Of a stretch of 64,000 bases of DNA, positions 9,467 to 19,049 are shown piece after piece. Position 1 is the stretch's first letter; each line of letters opens with the position of its first letter. Where the stretch lies: contig JBIIOE010000005.1 in NCBI GenBank assembly GCA_044337105.1, forward strand, positions 84 to 64,083. Reading direction: 5' to 3'. A program made the translations under genes and the position numbers. The stretch is from Bdellovibrionota bacterium. GTDB taxonomy: Bacteria; Bdellovibrionota_C; UBA2361; OMII01. The notes below the pieces were generated by a model. It was not told where the DNA came from. It made no database searches and was given only the letters and a program-made list of their open reading frames with translations.

Positions 9467-10306
9467 CTAGCGACCTCTACCTCGAAGATCTCGTTCGAGC
9501 TGCTCACGCTCTTGACGCACGCGCGCAAGTTCACCCTTGACGACATCTATCTGTAGCCCCGTGGTAGCCTCAATCAAGGCCAGTTTCTGCTTCAACTCAG
9601 CCGAGGCCGCTGCAACTCGTTGAAGCGCACTTGCTTCGGTTGTCTTGAGTGCCGTGGATAGATCATTGAGCTGCTCCGAGAGCTCTGCCTCTCGGCGCTG
9701 GAAATTCGGGGGAATCGGTTGTGTTTTCAAGGCCTCAAGATGTCGGGTCGCTAGCCCGAGCGATGTCTGCAACCTTTGCACATCCGAGCTGACTACTTCG
9801 AGCTCGTCCTCGGCATCGACGATCTTGCTCACATTAGCCACCACATCAGCGTCGTCTTGCAGCCGATTGAGCGTCGTCTCCTGCGCACGAAGCTGAACTT
9901 CCCATTTCTCGAGAGCAACTCGCTGCTCGCGCAATCGCGATTCGATCGCAGCATTGTCAAGCAACACGATCGGCTCTGCATCAATCGAGGAGATCTCACG
10001 CACGCCCGAGGCTACCTCTCCGGACTTGGAGACCACGACTGCCAACGAAGAGAGCCGTTCGTCTGCGACCGGAACCGCCAATCTGCCGACGACGAGCACC
10101 TCGTCTTTCACATCTGTATTGACCAGCAGCGCTGCGCTCGCACCAATGATTCCACGATTGGCCGAGACCACGAGAGATGCGGACGCAGGCTCTCCCATAA
10201 CATGAACAGTTTGGCTGATGGTAACCACTCGAACCTGCGCAGTCGCTGATGAGGCTACACCTGCCACGAATGCGAGTGCCACGCGAAATGCCCTACTGCA
10301 AACCAC
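9467..10306 (-). CDS. Exported coiled-coil protein
   Basis: Signal-peptide-like N-terminus (..VASSATAQ); heptad-rich C-terminal half. Confidence 0.7.
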   Translation of the reverse strand: MVCSRAFRVALAFVAGVASSATAQVRVVTISQTVHVMGEPASASLVVSANRGIIGASAALLVNTDVKDEVLVVGRLAVPVADERLSSLAVVVSKSGEVASGVREISSIDAEPIVLLDNAAIESRLREQRVALEKWEVQLRAQETTLNRLQDDADVVANVSKIVDAEDELEVVSSDVQRLQTSLGLATRHLEALKTQPIPPNFQRREAELSEQLNDLSTALKTTEASALQRVAAASAELKQKLALIEATTGLQIDVVKGELARVRQEREQLERDLRGRGR

Positions 10307-11252
10307 GATAGAACTCCTCCTCAGTCGATGTCTCGTCCTCTGTGCCGCGGTACCGATCTAATGTGTCGATCTCCTCTATTCGCCGACGCTCTTCATTGAT
10401 TTCGTCCTGAACCGCCTTTATCCGATTAGCTCGCTCGAGCTGCTCCTCGAAGCCAGGCGTGGTCTCAGGGGCCAATAGCTTGAGGGTAATCTCTATCCAG
10501 CGCGACTCGCGCAGCAAGCTCTCTCGGCTCAGAAACGCCAATCGCCCTGCGGGAGAAACTCGCTGCGAGATCTCGACATTTCGAATCGTGGCATCGAGCG
10601 TCGCCCGTACTTTTCCTAAATCCGTGCGCGCGCCATCCAGCGCACTCGAGGTGCTACTGAGTCGCGATGTTGCCTTTTCTCTGAGAGACTCGTCGTCCAC
10701 GAGAAAACGGCTCAACCTCTCCATCTTGGTCTTTTGGGAGTCATACCTGCGCTTTATCTTCTCGATTGCACCCTCCACCTTCTGCAATTCAGTGACTAGA
10801 GCAACCCACGCAGACAGATCGCTATCTTCTCGACCCCGCCCCTCATCGATCTCTACTTTTTGGAGATACCAGGTACCCCTTCTATTTTTTATTGGATCCA
10901 GGCACTCGCCTTCATAGCGCTTGTCGTCCTTGCGAATACCACTAAGCCTCAAACGAGACTCGCCTCCAGTTACGATCAGCGGCAGACGACTCTTACCGAG
11001 AGGATCCTGGATCGGTGCATATTGCGCTTGGGTAGTTTGGTCGCCGAGAGCGACGAGCAAGGCTGGAGATCTCGTCCCTCGTTCTATATACAAAGGAACA
11101 CCTATATCCTGCCTTTCGTAGAGAACCATTCCCACGTACACACCCTGAGGCAGGTCCGGGAAGGACCGTGACATGTCGCGCCAAAACAGATAGCCAACGA
11201 GAACAAGAGCAACGATCGAAATCGCCAATACAGAGAGAAGAGCCCGTCGCAT
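10293..11252 (-). CDS. Membrane-anchored protein with C-terminal coiled coil
   Basis: MRRALLSVLAISIVALVLVGYLFW anchor (ATG 11252); helical C-terminal half; overlaps next gene by 14 nt. Confidence 0.7.
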   Translation of the reverse strand: MRRALLSVLAISIVALVLVGYLFWRDMSRSFPDLPQGVYVGMVLYERQDIGVPLYIERGTRSPALLVALGDQTTQAQYAPIQDPLGKSRLPLIVTGGESRLRLSGIRKDDKRYEGECLDPIKNRRGTWYLQKVEIDEGRGREDSDLSAWVALVTELQKVEGAIEKIKRRYDSQKTKMERLSRFLVDDESLREKATSRLSSTSSALDGARTDLGKVRATLDATIRNVEISQRVSPAGRLAFLSRESLLRESRWIEITLKLLAPETTPGFEEQLERANRIKAVQDEINEERRRIEEIDTLDRYRGTEDETSTEEEFYRGLQ

Positions 11253-11463
11253 GATTGTGAAGTGTACTAGCCTCCTCGAAGGACAGCAATTTGCCAATCA
11301 GAAGTCGAACAAGAACATCTCGTGCACCCTTACTCAAGGCTCGACCTTGTAGAGTTTCTTCGAAAATCCGTCGTTAACCAACCATCAAGCACCGGATCTC
11401 TCCGGGGTAAGCTCCGACGATCCCTACTGAAGTCTCTGATTAGGCATTTCTGAGCCTTCCGGC

Positions 11464-11485
11464 TTGCATTAGTATTGCACATGCA
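11464..11485 (+). promoter_or_regulatory. Candidate Fur/Zur-type operator (TGCA-N7-TGCA plus a third TGCA)
   Basis: TTGCATTAGTATTGCACATGCA lies about 55-75 nt upstream of the Fur-family gene. Confidence 0.4.
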
Positions 11486-11537
11486 TTATCAATAGCAGCC
11501 CAAGTTGACAGTTATATTAACCTAAAGGTGCCTGAGC

Positions 11538-11921
11538 ATGAAAAGGCAGACTAAACAGCGATCCGTCGTGCAGCGCTTGTTCGAACAAGCGCAACGCCCC
11601 CTCAGCCCTATCGAGGTATTCGAGCAGGCTCGCACCGAGCTACAGGCGATAAGCTTGGCCACTATTTATCGAACTCTTAAAACGCTGCTTGACGAAGGCG
11701 CGCTCGTGCCAGTTTCTCTTCCCGGGCTGCCCGATCGGTATGAGACGCGCGGATGCGCCGATCATCACCACCACCATTTCCACTGCGACGATTGCGGACG
11801 TGTGTTCGACGTCCCAGGGTGCGGCTTGCATTCCAGTGTTCACATTCCATCAGGCTTCTCGGTCAAGAGGCATGAGGTCGTACTGTACGGCGCATGTCGT
11901 GAATGCTCCGCCCTCAATTAA
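11538..11921 (+). CDS. Fur-family transcriptional regulator, probably Zur
   Basis: ISLATIYRTLKTL HTH; HHHHHFHCDDCG and GACREC zinc motifs; directly upstream of a ZnuD-like receptor. Confidence 0.9.
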   Translation: MKRQTKQRSVVQRLFEQAQRPLSPIEVFEQARTELQAISLATIYRTLKTLLDEGALVPVSLPGLPDRYETRGCADHHHHHFHCDDCGRVFDVPGCGLHSSVHIPSGFSVKRHEVVLYGACRECSALN

Positions 11922-11952
11922 CCCAACTGCTTTTTTCAGGTGTCATATGTGT

Positions 11953-13995
11953 ATGAAGATGAAGTTGTATTGCAGCCTATTACTGTCACTCACTGCCGTA
12001 GTATGTTCGTTCGACTACGCACGTGCCGAAGATGCGCCGCAGCCCTCCAGCCCCGACTACAAGCTGGATAAATTGGTAATCGAGTCGTCGCCACTCCAGC
12101 AGACCTTGTTCGAATCGGCTCAACCTGTTTCTGTGCTCTCGGGAAGCGACCTAGATCTCAAGGCACAGACCTCTCTAGGCGACACACTCGCCATGGAACC
12201 AGGTGTCTCCTCGTCGTCGTTCGGACCTGCAGCCGGTCGTCCCGTCATTCGTGGACTTGGTGGCGATCGTATACGCGTACTCGAGAACGGGGTTGGAACA
12301 CAAGACGTATCGAACAGCAGCCCCGATCACGCAGTCACGATCGAACCTTCGTTAGTTGAGAAGATAGAGGTTATCCGCGGACCAGCCTCACTCCTATACG
12401 GAACGAGCGCAGTGGGCGGAATCGTCAACGTCTTCGACAATCGCATCCCTGAAAAGCTTCCTGAGGCCCCTATCGCCGGAAGCGTGGAGGTGCGAGGAGA
12501 GAGCGTGAACTCGGGAAGGAGCGCTCTCATGGACGTGACAGCTCCAGCCGGACCATTTGCCTTCCACGTCGATGGATTCAAGCGACGCACCGATGACATC
12601 CGCATTCCCGGATTTGCGCGCACGGAATCGCTTCAAGAGGACGCCGAGATCGATTATCCCGAGCCGCGCGGAAAGATCCCTTTTAGCGGCAGCGAATCTG
12701 ACAGCTTAACCTTAGGGTCCTCGTACATCTTCGACAAAGGTTTCATCGGGGCGTCAGTCAGCGAACTCAACACCAACTATGGAGTGCCAAACGGAGAGGA
12801 AGACATCAGCATCGATGCCAGAAGGCGGCGTGTCGATGTGCGCGGCGCACTGCGGGACAAAGACTCTTTCATAGAGTCCATTTCGACCCGTATGGGGATC
12901 ACCGATTACGAGCACACGGAATTCGAAGGCTCTGAAGTAGGAACACGCTTCGATCAGAACGCCTTTGAGGGACGAATCGACATGAAACACGCCTCCGTTG
13001 CGTCGATTACAGGCTCGTGGGGTCTTCAGCTTCAAACCAATGAAATCCAAGCCGTCGGAGAAGAGGCGTACCAGCCACCCACAGATAGCAAGATATACTC
13101 GCTATTCGCACTGGAGGAAGCAGCAGTATCAGACTCCCTCACCTTACAGCTCGGCGGTCGCTTCGATTGGTCTGATCTCGACACTTCAGGTTTCGACATT
13201 GGCGCAGAGGATGACAGCAGTCGCTTCTTTACGACCTTCAGTCAGTCAGCCGGTGCAGTATGGGAGCTTTCGAACCCCTATTCGCTGGCGTTGTCAGTTG
13301 CACACTCGGAGCGCGCGCCGAATGGCCAGGAGCTTTTCACCAATGGTCCACACGTCGCCACGGGATCATTCGAGGTTGGCGATCCAGATCTGGACATCGA
13401 GCGCTCTCTTGGCACTGACCTGACTCTGCGTAAGACGAGCGGCACGATTCGCGGATCGATCGGCGGATTCTACAACCACTTCTGGAACTACATCGCCCTC
13501 AATCCCACAGGGGGCGTAGAGGACGACCTGCCAGTGTACGGGTATGAGGCCGTAAACGCGGACTTCGTCGGCTTCGAGTCGCAGGTAGCTGTCTTTGTCG
13601 TGGACAAGCCTGGAGAGGAGATCTCCTTCGACATCCAACCAGACTACGTGCACGCCAAGGATCGCGACAACAACACCAATTTACCTCGTATTCCGCCTTT
13701 CCGTTTGAGGACAGGCGTCAACTACTTCCATGAGGATCTTTTTCGAGCGCGCTTCGAGGTTCAGCAGGTCTTTGCGCAGCGCGAGACAGCCGATTTCGAA
13801 ACATCGACCGACGGCTACACCATGATGAATGCGTATCTCAGCAAGGAGATTCCGATGGGAGATCACGTACTGGAGGTATTTCTGCGCGGTAGCAATCTCC
13901 TGAACGAGAAAGCTCGAAACCACGTCTCTTTCATCAAAGATGTGGCACCACTACCAGGAGCCTCTGCACTCCTCGGCGTGCGCATTCGATTCTGA
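11953..13995 (+). CDS. TonB-dependent receptor, ZnuD-like (zinc uptake)
   Basis: Signal peptide; plug SFGPAAGRPVIRGL..SPDHAV; IEVIRGPASLLYG; C-terminal Phe; true start near 11947-11959, not 11689. Confidence 0.9.
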   Translation: MKMKLYCSLLLSLTAVVCSFDYARAEDAPQPSSPDYKLDKLVIESSPLQQTLFESAQPVSVLSGSDLDLKAQTSLGDTLAMEPGVSSSSFGPAAGRPVIRGLGGDRIRVLENGVGTQDVSNSSPDHAVTIEPSLVEKIEVIRGPASLLYGTSAVGGIVNVFDNRIPEKLPEAPIAGSVEVRGESVNSGRSALMDVTAPAGPFAFHVDGFKRRTDDIRIPGFARTESLQEDAEIDYPEPRGKIPFSGSESDSLTLGSSYIFDKGFIGASVSELNTNYGVPNGEEDISIDARRRRVDVRGALRDKDSFIESISTRMGITDYEHTEFEGSEVGTRFDQNAFEGRIDMKHASVASITGSWGLQLQTNEIQAVGEEAYQPPTDSKIYSLFALEEAAVSDSLTLQLGGRFDWSDLDTSGFDIGAEDDSSRFFTTFSQSAGAVWELSNPYSLALSVAHSERAPNGQELFTNGPHVATGSFEVGDPDLDIERSLGTDLTLRKTSGTIRGSIGGFYNHFWNYIALNPTGGVEDDLPVYGYEAVNADFVGFESQVAVFVVDKPGEEISFDIQPDYVHAKDRDNNTNLPRIPPFRLRTGVNYFHEDLFRARFEVQQVFAQRETADFETSTDGYTMMNAYLSKEIPMGDHVLEVFLRGSNLLNEKARNHVSFIKDVAPLPGASALLGVRIRF

Positions 13996-14036
13996 GGCGC
14001 TCATCGATCAAGGTCTCTGAGCAAGGAATCACACGT

Positions 14037-14108
14037 GGAATGCTGGACGATACTCGCATGAGCGCGACACCGCCCAGCATTCCGAGCTCCGCACAGAGCA
14101 GAGCGGAG
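14037..14108. terminator. Two inverted repeats between convergent genes (possible terminators)
   Basis: GGAATGCTGG (14037-46)/CCAGCATTCC (14074-83) and CTCCGC (14087-92)/GCGGAG (14103-08); no clear U-tract. Confidence 0.35.
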
Positions 14109-14115
14109 GAATCAA

Positions 14116-14568
14116 TTACCCAACACCGAGTAATTCGACCTCGAATATGAGGGTTGCATTGGGAGGAATTACTCCGCCTGCGCCCCGCGAGCCGTATCCA
14201 AGGCCCGGTGGAATCATGAGAGTGCGAACGCCACCGACCTTCATCCCAGCGACGCCTTCATCCCATCCGCTGATGACCTGGCGTGCGCCGAGGTTGAAGT
14301 CGAAGGGCTCCCCACGATCTTTTGAACTGTCAAACTTCGCGCCTGGCGTGCCGTCCTTATCGAGCCACCCAGTGTAGTGCACGGTCACACTCTGTCCTGG
14401 CTTTGCTTCGGCACCGGTGCCTACCTTGTCGTCTCGGTATTTGAGTCCCGACGCTGTTGTCACGACCTCAGCCTGTGTCTTCTCCATCTTCTTATCCTCT
14501 CCGAATCCGGTAACGGGAGCCCCTAAAACGACCCCTACCGCCACTATTATTGCCAGATATCTTTTCAT
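14116..14568 (-). CDS. FKBP-type peptidyl-prolyl cis-trans isomerase, exported
   Basis: [30 protein letters not shown] and [13 protein letters not shown]; signal peptide from ATG 14568. Confidence 0.95.
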   Translation of the reverse strand: MKRYLAIIVAVGVVLGAPVTGFGEDKKMEKTQAEVVTTASGLKYRDDKVGTGAEAKPGQSVTVHYTGWLDKDGTPGAKFDSSKDRGEPFDFNLGARQVISGWDEGVAGMKVGGVRTLMIPPGLGYGSRGAGGVIPPNATLIFEVELLGVG

Positions 14569-14886
14569 ATCTTCCTTTATGGTTTCCCCAAGTACCTTTG
14601 CACGGAGCCGCGACATGTCGCAGCGTCGGCTGCCTCTCGTTACCCCATGCGGTACCGCGCATAGTCCACCGACCTGCACTTTCATTCAACTATCGAAAAA
14701 CAGGCTACGTTATTTCAACAGATTACCCGCGCCGCGTCGCCTCCAACGGGTCCCCAGTGGCATATTGTACGCAGGTGAATCAAAATCGGCCTGTAGTGCA
14801 AAAGTAGTGATTTGCCTCGGTTCACTCATGGTCATTTTCGAGCCAACCGGTTATTATATCGAAAGAAATTTTAGTGTGAGCGTTTT

Positions 14887-15444
14887 ATGATGCAGAGTCC
14901 TGACCAGTCCGGTTTTCTGACGACCAACCTCGAGAGCGCCCTTGCCTGGGCTCGGAAGTATTCATTGTTTTCGTATCCGTTCGTCACGGCCTGCTGCGGG
15001 ATGGAGTTCATGTCAGTGAACTGCTCCCACTACGATACAGACCGCTTCGGGGCAGCACTTCCGCGATTCACACCAAGACAATCAGATCTCTTGTGGGTCG
15101 TAGGAACGGTCAACCACAAACTTGCGCCGGTTCTATTGCGAGTTTACGAACAGATGGCTGAACCAAAGTGGGTGGTAGCGTTTGGAGCATGCGCGTCCTC
15201 CGGCGGCTTCTACGACAACTACACGACGGTAGCAGGCATAGACAAAATCATCCCTGTCGATATGTACATCCCTGGATGCCCACCTCGTCCGGAGACGGTG
15301 TTAGACGCGCTCATGAAGTTACAGAGCGACATTCAACGTTCGCGGCAGCAGGTAGTTCCATCTCAAGGCGGAAAACAGTATCACCCCGATCTACCACCCC
15401 TTCTGGGAGAGCCTATCGATACGAGACTTACAAAGCCGGTGTAG
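14887..15444 (+). CDS. nuoB: NADH-quinone oxidoreductase subunit B (stand-alone)
   Basis: TACCGMEF, PRQSDL, FGACASSGG and PGCPPRPE N2-cluster motifs. Confidence 0.92.
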   Translation: MMQSPDQSGFLTTNLESALAWARKYSLFSYPFVTACCGMEFMSVNCSHYDTDRFGAALPRFTPRQSDLLWVVGTVNHKLAPVLLRVYEQMAEPKWVVAFGACASSGGFYDNYTTVAGIDKIIPVDMYIPGCPPRPETVLDALMKLQSDIQRSRQQVVPSQGGKQYHPDLPPLLGEPIDTRLTKPV

Positions 15445-17035
15445 GAAGACCAACCTCGGAGTCCTCTGAGCGAACCCAGGACAGAAGCGACGAGATCTCA
15501 ACCGGCTTACAAAAGAACTCTCGGGCCCCATGAGCGGCACACCGATAGAGCAGGTCTTCAGAACCATCTCCGCTCGCAACGGCAACCCGCGCCTTGATTC
15601 CACGCTCCTTGAAGAGCTCAATTAACTTCAGCGCACCTCCGTCGGGCATCGTAGCGTCACACAAGACGGCCTTGGTTGATGCGGACGCTGCCATCGTTGC
15701 CGCCTCTGTAATCGACGTCACACCACGAACGGTAAGACCACTCGTCGCAAGCACCCTTTGCAGCGCCGCCACCTGTTGCCCGTCGTCATCCACGACGATC
15801 AGATCGATCGATTCGGTCGCTACACCTACCGCCGCGCGATCGTCGTTGTGCGGTGTGGCCGTGCAGAGATCAGGCCCCCTGGGAACAACTATCTCAATCG
15901 TCGTCCCTCGCTCGGTCGAGGAGGCGACACACAGATCTCCCGCGTACCGCTCTACCCGCCGCTTGCTCGAGACCAACCCCATACCCCATCCTGACGCGCT
16001 CGAAACAGTCCTACAGTTCGGCTCACGCAGCTCTGCCAAAATGCGGGGATCGATCCCTGGACCTGTGTCACTCACCACAACAACCACTCGATTGCGGTCA
16101 CACCGCAGAGACACATTCACATCCCCAGCGCGCGAGTACCGAATGGCATTCCCGAGAATGTTCGACAAGATGCGCTCGAACTCGATGTCCGGAATACGCG
16201 CTCCGACTCCCCGCAGCGCACTATCGACGACGATAGAGACACCCTCTTGCGTCCCCTCTGCCCTACTTCGTGCAACTACCCTTTTGACTACCTCCTCTGC
16301 ATCGCACACACCAAGATGAAAGCGATCTCTTTCCACCTGTGCCGGAGACAGAGACGCAAGCAGGCTCCCCATATACGAGAGCTCCTGTGACACGCTCGAG
16401 CGAATCGCAGCATCACTCTCCGCAGCCGCAGGAAACTGCGTCAGCAGATACTTCAGCCCGCCGACTGGCGCTCGAACATCGTGCAAAACAGCGGCCAGCT
16501 CCCTCTCTCTCTCTTCTAATTCAGCTATCCTCGACGAGGCACCTAAAATGGCCGATACGATACCTTCGTATTGCTCGAACCACGTTGCGAGATCACTCGC
16601 CACCTCTCGAACTTCCTCCACAATTCGCGAATGCGCTACCGCGTACAGCCCCACCCAGAGAAAACATTCCCGACGAGCTGAAATCCCAGTCGGCGTAGCT
16701 ATCCTACACGACACCGAGCTACGCGGCGCTGCATCGATGAAACTCGCTCCGTCTAGCGCGTGATCTTTCACCATTAATACGCCTTCACGTCGCTCATGCT
16801 CGAGCACGAGCCCCTTGAGGGTATCGGAAGGCAACGCCATGTGCTCGCGCGCATTCCCCACCACCAGTCGTCCATCGGACGAGCGCAGGATAAGCGCCAA
16901 GTCCGCCGTACCTTCGGGCGCCAGATACAGAAGCTCCCACGCAATACGGCGCAGAAGCATCAGAACAGACGGCTCTCGCTGTGTCGCAAAGAACGTTAGT
17001 GCTCGAGCACACGCGACAGCACACCCCTTGCTCAT
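15428..17035 (-). CDS. Hybrid sensor histidine kinase-response regulator
   Basis: H-box LHDVRAP, N-box NILGNAIRYS, G1 DTGPGI, G2 GWGMGL; receiver VVDDD..CDATMP..KP; ATG 17035 overlaps upstream TGA. Confidence 0.88.
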   Translation of the reverse strand: MSKGCAVACARALTFFATQREPSVLMLLRRIAWELLYLAPEGTADLALILRSSDGRLVVGNAREHMALPSDTLKGLVLEHERREGVLMVKDHALDGASFIDAAPRSSVSCRIATPTGISARRECFLWVGLYAVAHSRIVEEVREVASDLATWFEQYEGIVSAILGASSRIAELEERERELAAVLHDVRAPVGGLKYLLTQFPAAAESDAAIRSSVSQELSYMGSLLASLSPAQVERDRFHLGVCDAEEVVKRVVARSRAEGTQEGVSIVVDSALRGVGARIPDIEFERILSNILGNAIRYSRAGDVNVSLRCDRNRVVVVVSDTGPGIDPRILAELREPNCRTVSSASGWGMGLVSSKRRVERYAGDLCVASSTERGTTIEIVVPRGPDLCTATPHNDDRAAVGVATESIDLIVVDDDGQQVAALQRVLATSGLTVRGVTSITEAATMAASASTKAVLCDATMPDGGALKLIELFKERGIKARVAVASGDGSEDLLYRCAAHGAREFFCKPVEISSLLSWVRSEDSEVGLPTPAL

Positions 17036-18408
17036 GCTGCCTCTTGAAGAGCCACTCGTTGGGTCAAACGTCGAATGTGCGCGCACAACACACGCGGATC
17101 CTTGGCCTTCGAAACGAAGGCATCGGCGCCACGCGCCAGGAGAGCCAGTTCGACATCAACATCTTCATCCGAGGTGAGCATGATGAAAGGCACCTCATTG
17201 AGTCGACTCTGACCTCTGACCTTGTCGAGGAGCTCCTGTCCATTCATGAGCGGCATGTGAAGATCGCACACGATAGCTCGGGGTCGGAACTCTCCAGAAT
17301 TCGCCAGCCGCTCCCATGCAACACTTCCGTTCGGAGCGAAGTGCGGCTCGAACCCATCGCGCTCGAGAAGTCGCTCGAGCACTCGACAGAACATCGGATT
17401 GTCATCAACGACGAGAATCGGCACACGCCCTCCCTGCGCACTCTCGCTCACCGCTGGTGCGGTGGAGGCACTCAGAGCGTCTCCTGTAGATACCGGCACA
17501 GGTAGCATCTGTCGGGCTTCAGGGCTCGAGAGACCCTCCCTAAGCGAATCTTGAGCGGAGGCGAGCACTGAGGTAGGCGCATAGAACGACACGCCTGCGG
17601 ACTCAGACTCTCCCCATGAAAGCCTTACGTTACCTGTCGCCCCGAGGGAGCGAACAAGAACCTCTCCTCGCTTCGAGGAGAGAAAACAGGAACCTTGGTA
17701 GCTGCTCAAGAAACTCGAAATATCCGCTATGACATCGCGCCGAATATTACCCACGCCACACCTACCGTCTGCGGTGGTGAACTGATATCGGGCTCTGCCA
17801 TCCGATGAAACTATCTCAACGCTACGGGCACCATGAGTCGCAGCTTCGTGCACGATCGTCTCAATTAGGGACTCACTCAGCTTGGTCCGCTGCTCAAGGG
17901 CACTTTGGTCCTGAAGAGCCTCGTCTTCGATAACCCGTCGTTCCGCCGCATCGAGAGCGCGAGCTATGTCGGACCAAGCCGCCACACCGATCGGAGCACG
18001 TCCGTCGTACGTCGACAACGATCTAATCTCAGCCGGATCAACCGCAATGTAGCGAACCACCACGCCGTTCTCCATCACCGGAACCGCCCCAACCTTGCGG
18101 AGAGCCGTCAACAGAGCGCGAGCCTCTTGAGGCTCCGTCGGCAATTCAGGTATCGGGACGCGCTCGTGATACTCTACTTTCAGCTCCTGCGCGGCCGCGA
18201 TAGTGAACTCCTTTTCGCTGACACCGACCCAAGCAGCAGCGAGCACGCCCCATTGGCGCCTGTCGTTGCTGGACGCAACGACCTCGCGAAGAACAGATCG
18301 GGGAACCAACCTATCCAGCGCTCTAACCAGAGACGGCAACGGCGCGGGGCCTTTTTTTCGCCGACATTTAGCTACCACGTCACTCACGATTCTTTTGATT
18401 GCCATCAT
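17032..18408 (-). CDS. GspE/PilB N-terminal-like domains fused to a C-terminal receiver; no ATPase domain
   Basis: SEKEFTIAAAQELKVEY..GAVPV..IAVDP (T2SSE_N-like); IETIVHEAATHGARSVEI (N2D-like); receiver VVDDN..CDLHMP..FVSK; no Walker A. Confidence 0.7.
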   Translation of the reverse strand: MMAIKRIVSDVVAKCRRKKGPAPLPSLVRALDRLVPRSVLREVVASSNDRRQWGVLAAAWVGVSEKEFTIAAAQELKVEYHERVPIPELPTEPQEARALLTALRKVGAVPVMENGVVVRYIAVDPAEIRSLSTYDGRAPIGVAAWSDIARALDAAERRVIEDEALQDQSALEQRTKLSESLIETIVHEAATHGARSVEIVSSDGRARYQFTTADGRCGVGNIRRDVIADISSFLSSYQGSCFLSSKRGEVLVRSLGATGNVRLSWGESESAGVSFYAPTSVLASAQDSLREGLSSPEARQMLPVPVSTGDALSASTAPAVSESAQGGRVPILVVDDNPMFCRVLERLLERDGFEPHFAPNGSVAWERLANSGEFRPRAIVCDLHMPLMNGQELLDKVRGQSRLNEVPFIMLTSDEDVDVELALLARGADAFVSKAKDPRVLCAHIRRLTQRVALQEAA

Positions 18409-19040
18409 AACGACACCTCTTCTCTCGGTAGGGAGATATGTACGAACTGAACCATAGATTCCTCACCGACACTTGGCACACCTGTCACCTTTCCGGCCAC
18501 GGCCCCTCCTATCAACACAGCGTACTCCATGTAGCGGGGGGTCCCACCTGAAGCGAACAAGGGATATCCAGAAGCGTGCGCCCGATACTTAGAAAGGTTC
18601 TCCTCGAGAGACATCCGCGCGGACAACGCTCCCCTACCCTCACACACCTCTCTTTCACGCGACGTGAGGCTCCCTGTAGTCTGATTGACTCGAAACACCC
18701 AGAAGCACGCCACCGCCGAAACATCTGAAATTCCACCTACTAGGCTCTTTTCACCGTCAACCATCATCCGATCTCGAATCGACCGAACAACCGATCGCAG
18801 CGCGTCACTGTTGACGTCGACCCGAGCAGTCGCTCCTTCTACACGATAGCGGAGCGCAGGAGCTGAATGCTCGCGTACCGCCGAAACCGGTATATGCTGC
18901 ATTCGGATGTGATCATGCACGACTCCGACTACACCAGCAGCAAGCAACACCACCGGCAGCAAGACTACCGACCACACTGCGATCTCAAGATAGGCGAGGC
19001 CTCGCTCAGCGCAGTTCTTTACACGATACAAACGCCTCAT
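18405..19040 (-). CDS. TadE-like minor pilin
   Basis: RG|LAYLEIAVWSVVLLP prepilin site with E at +5 and a hydrophobic helix. Confidence 0.7.
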   Translation of the reverse strand: MRRLYRVKNCAERGLAYLEIAVWSVVLLPVVLLAAGVVGVVHDHIRMQHIPVSAVREHSAPALRYRVEGATARVDVNSDALRSVVRSIRDRMMVDGEKSLVGGISDVSAVACFWVFRVNQTTGSLTSREREVCEGRGALSARMSLEENLSKYRAHASGYPLFASGGTPRYMEYAVLIGGAVAGKVTGVPSVGEESMVQFVHISLPREEVSL

Positions 19041-19049
19041 TCTCTCCCA

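Noticed and set aside
10993-11460. Possible gene remnant upstream of the coiled-coil gene
   Set aside because: Protein-like only over a short stretch with an in-frame stop; cannot be assigned
11505-11510. TTGACA as -35 of the Fur gene
   Set aside because: No -10-like hexamer at 16-18 nt spacing
11689-11946. Extra 86-aa N-terminus on the TonB receptor
   Set aside because: Overlaps the Fur gene in another frame; the signal peptide begins near 11953
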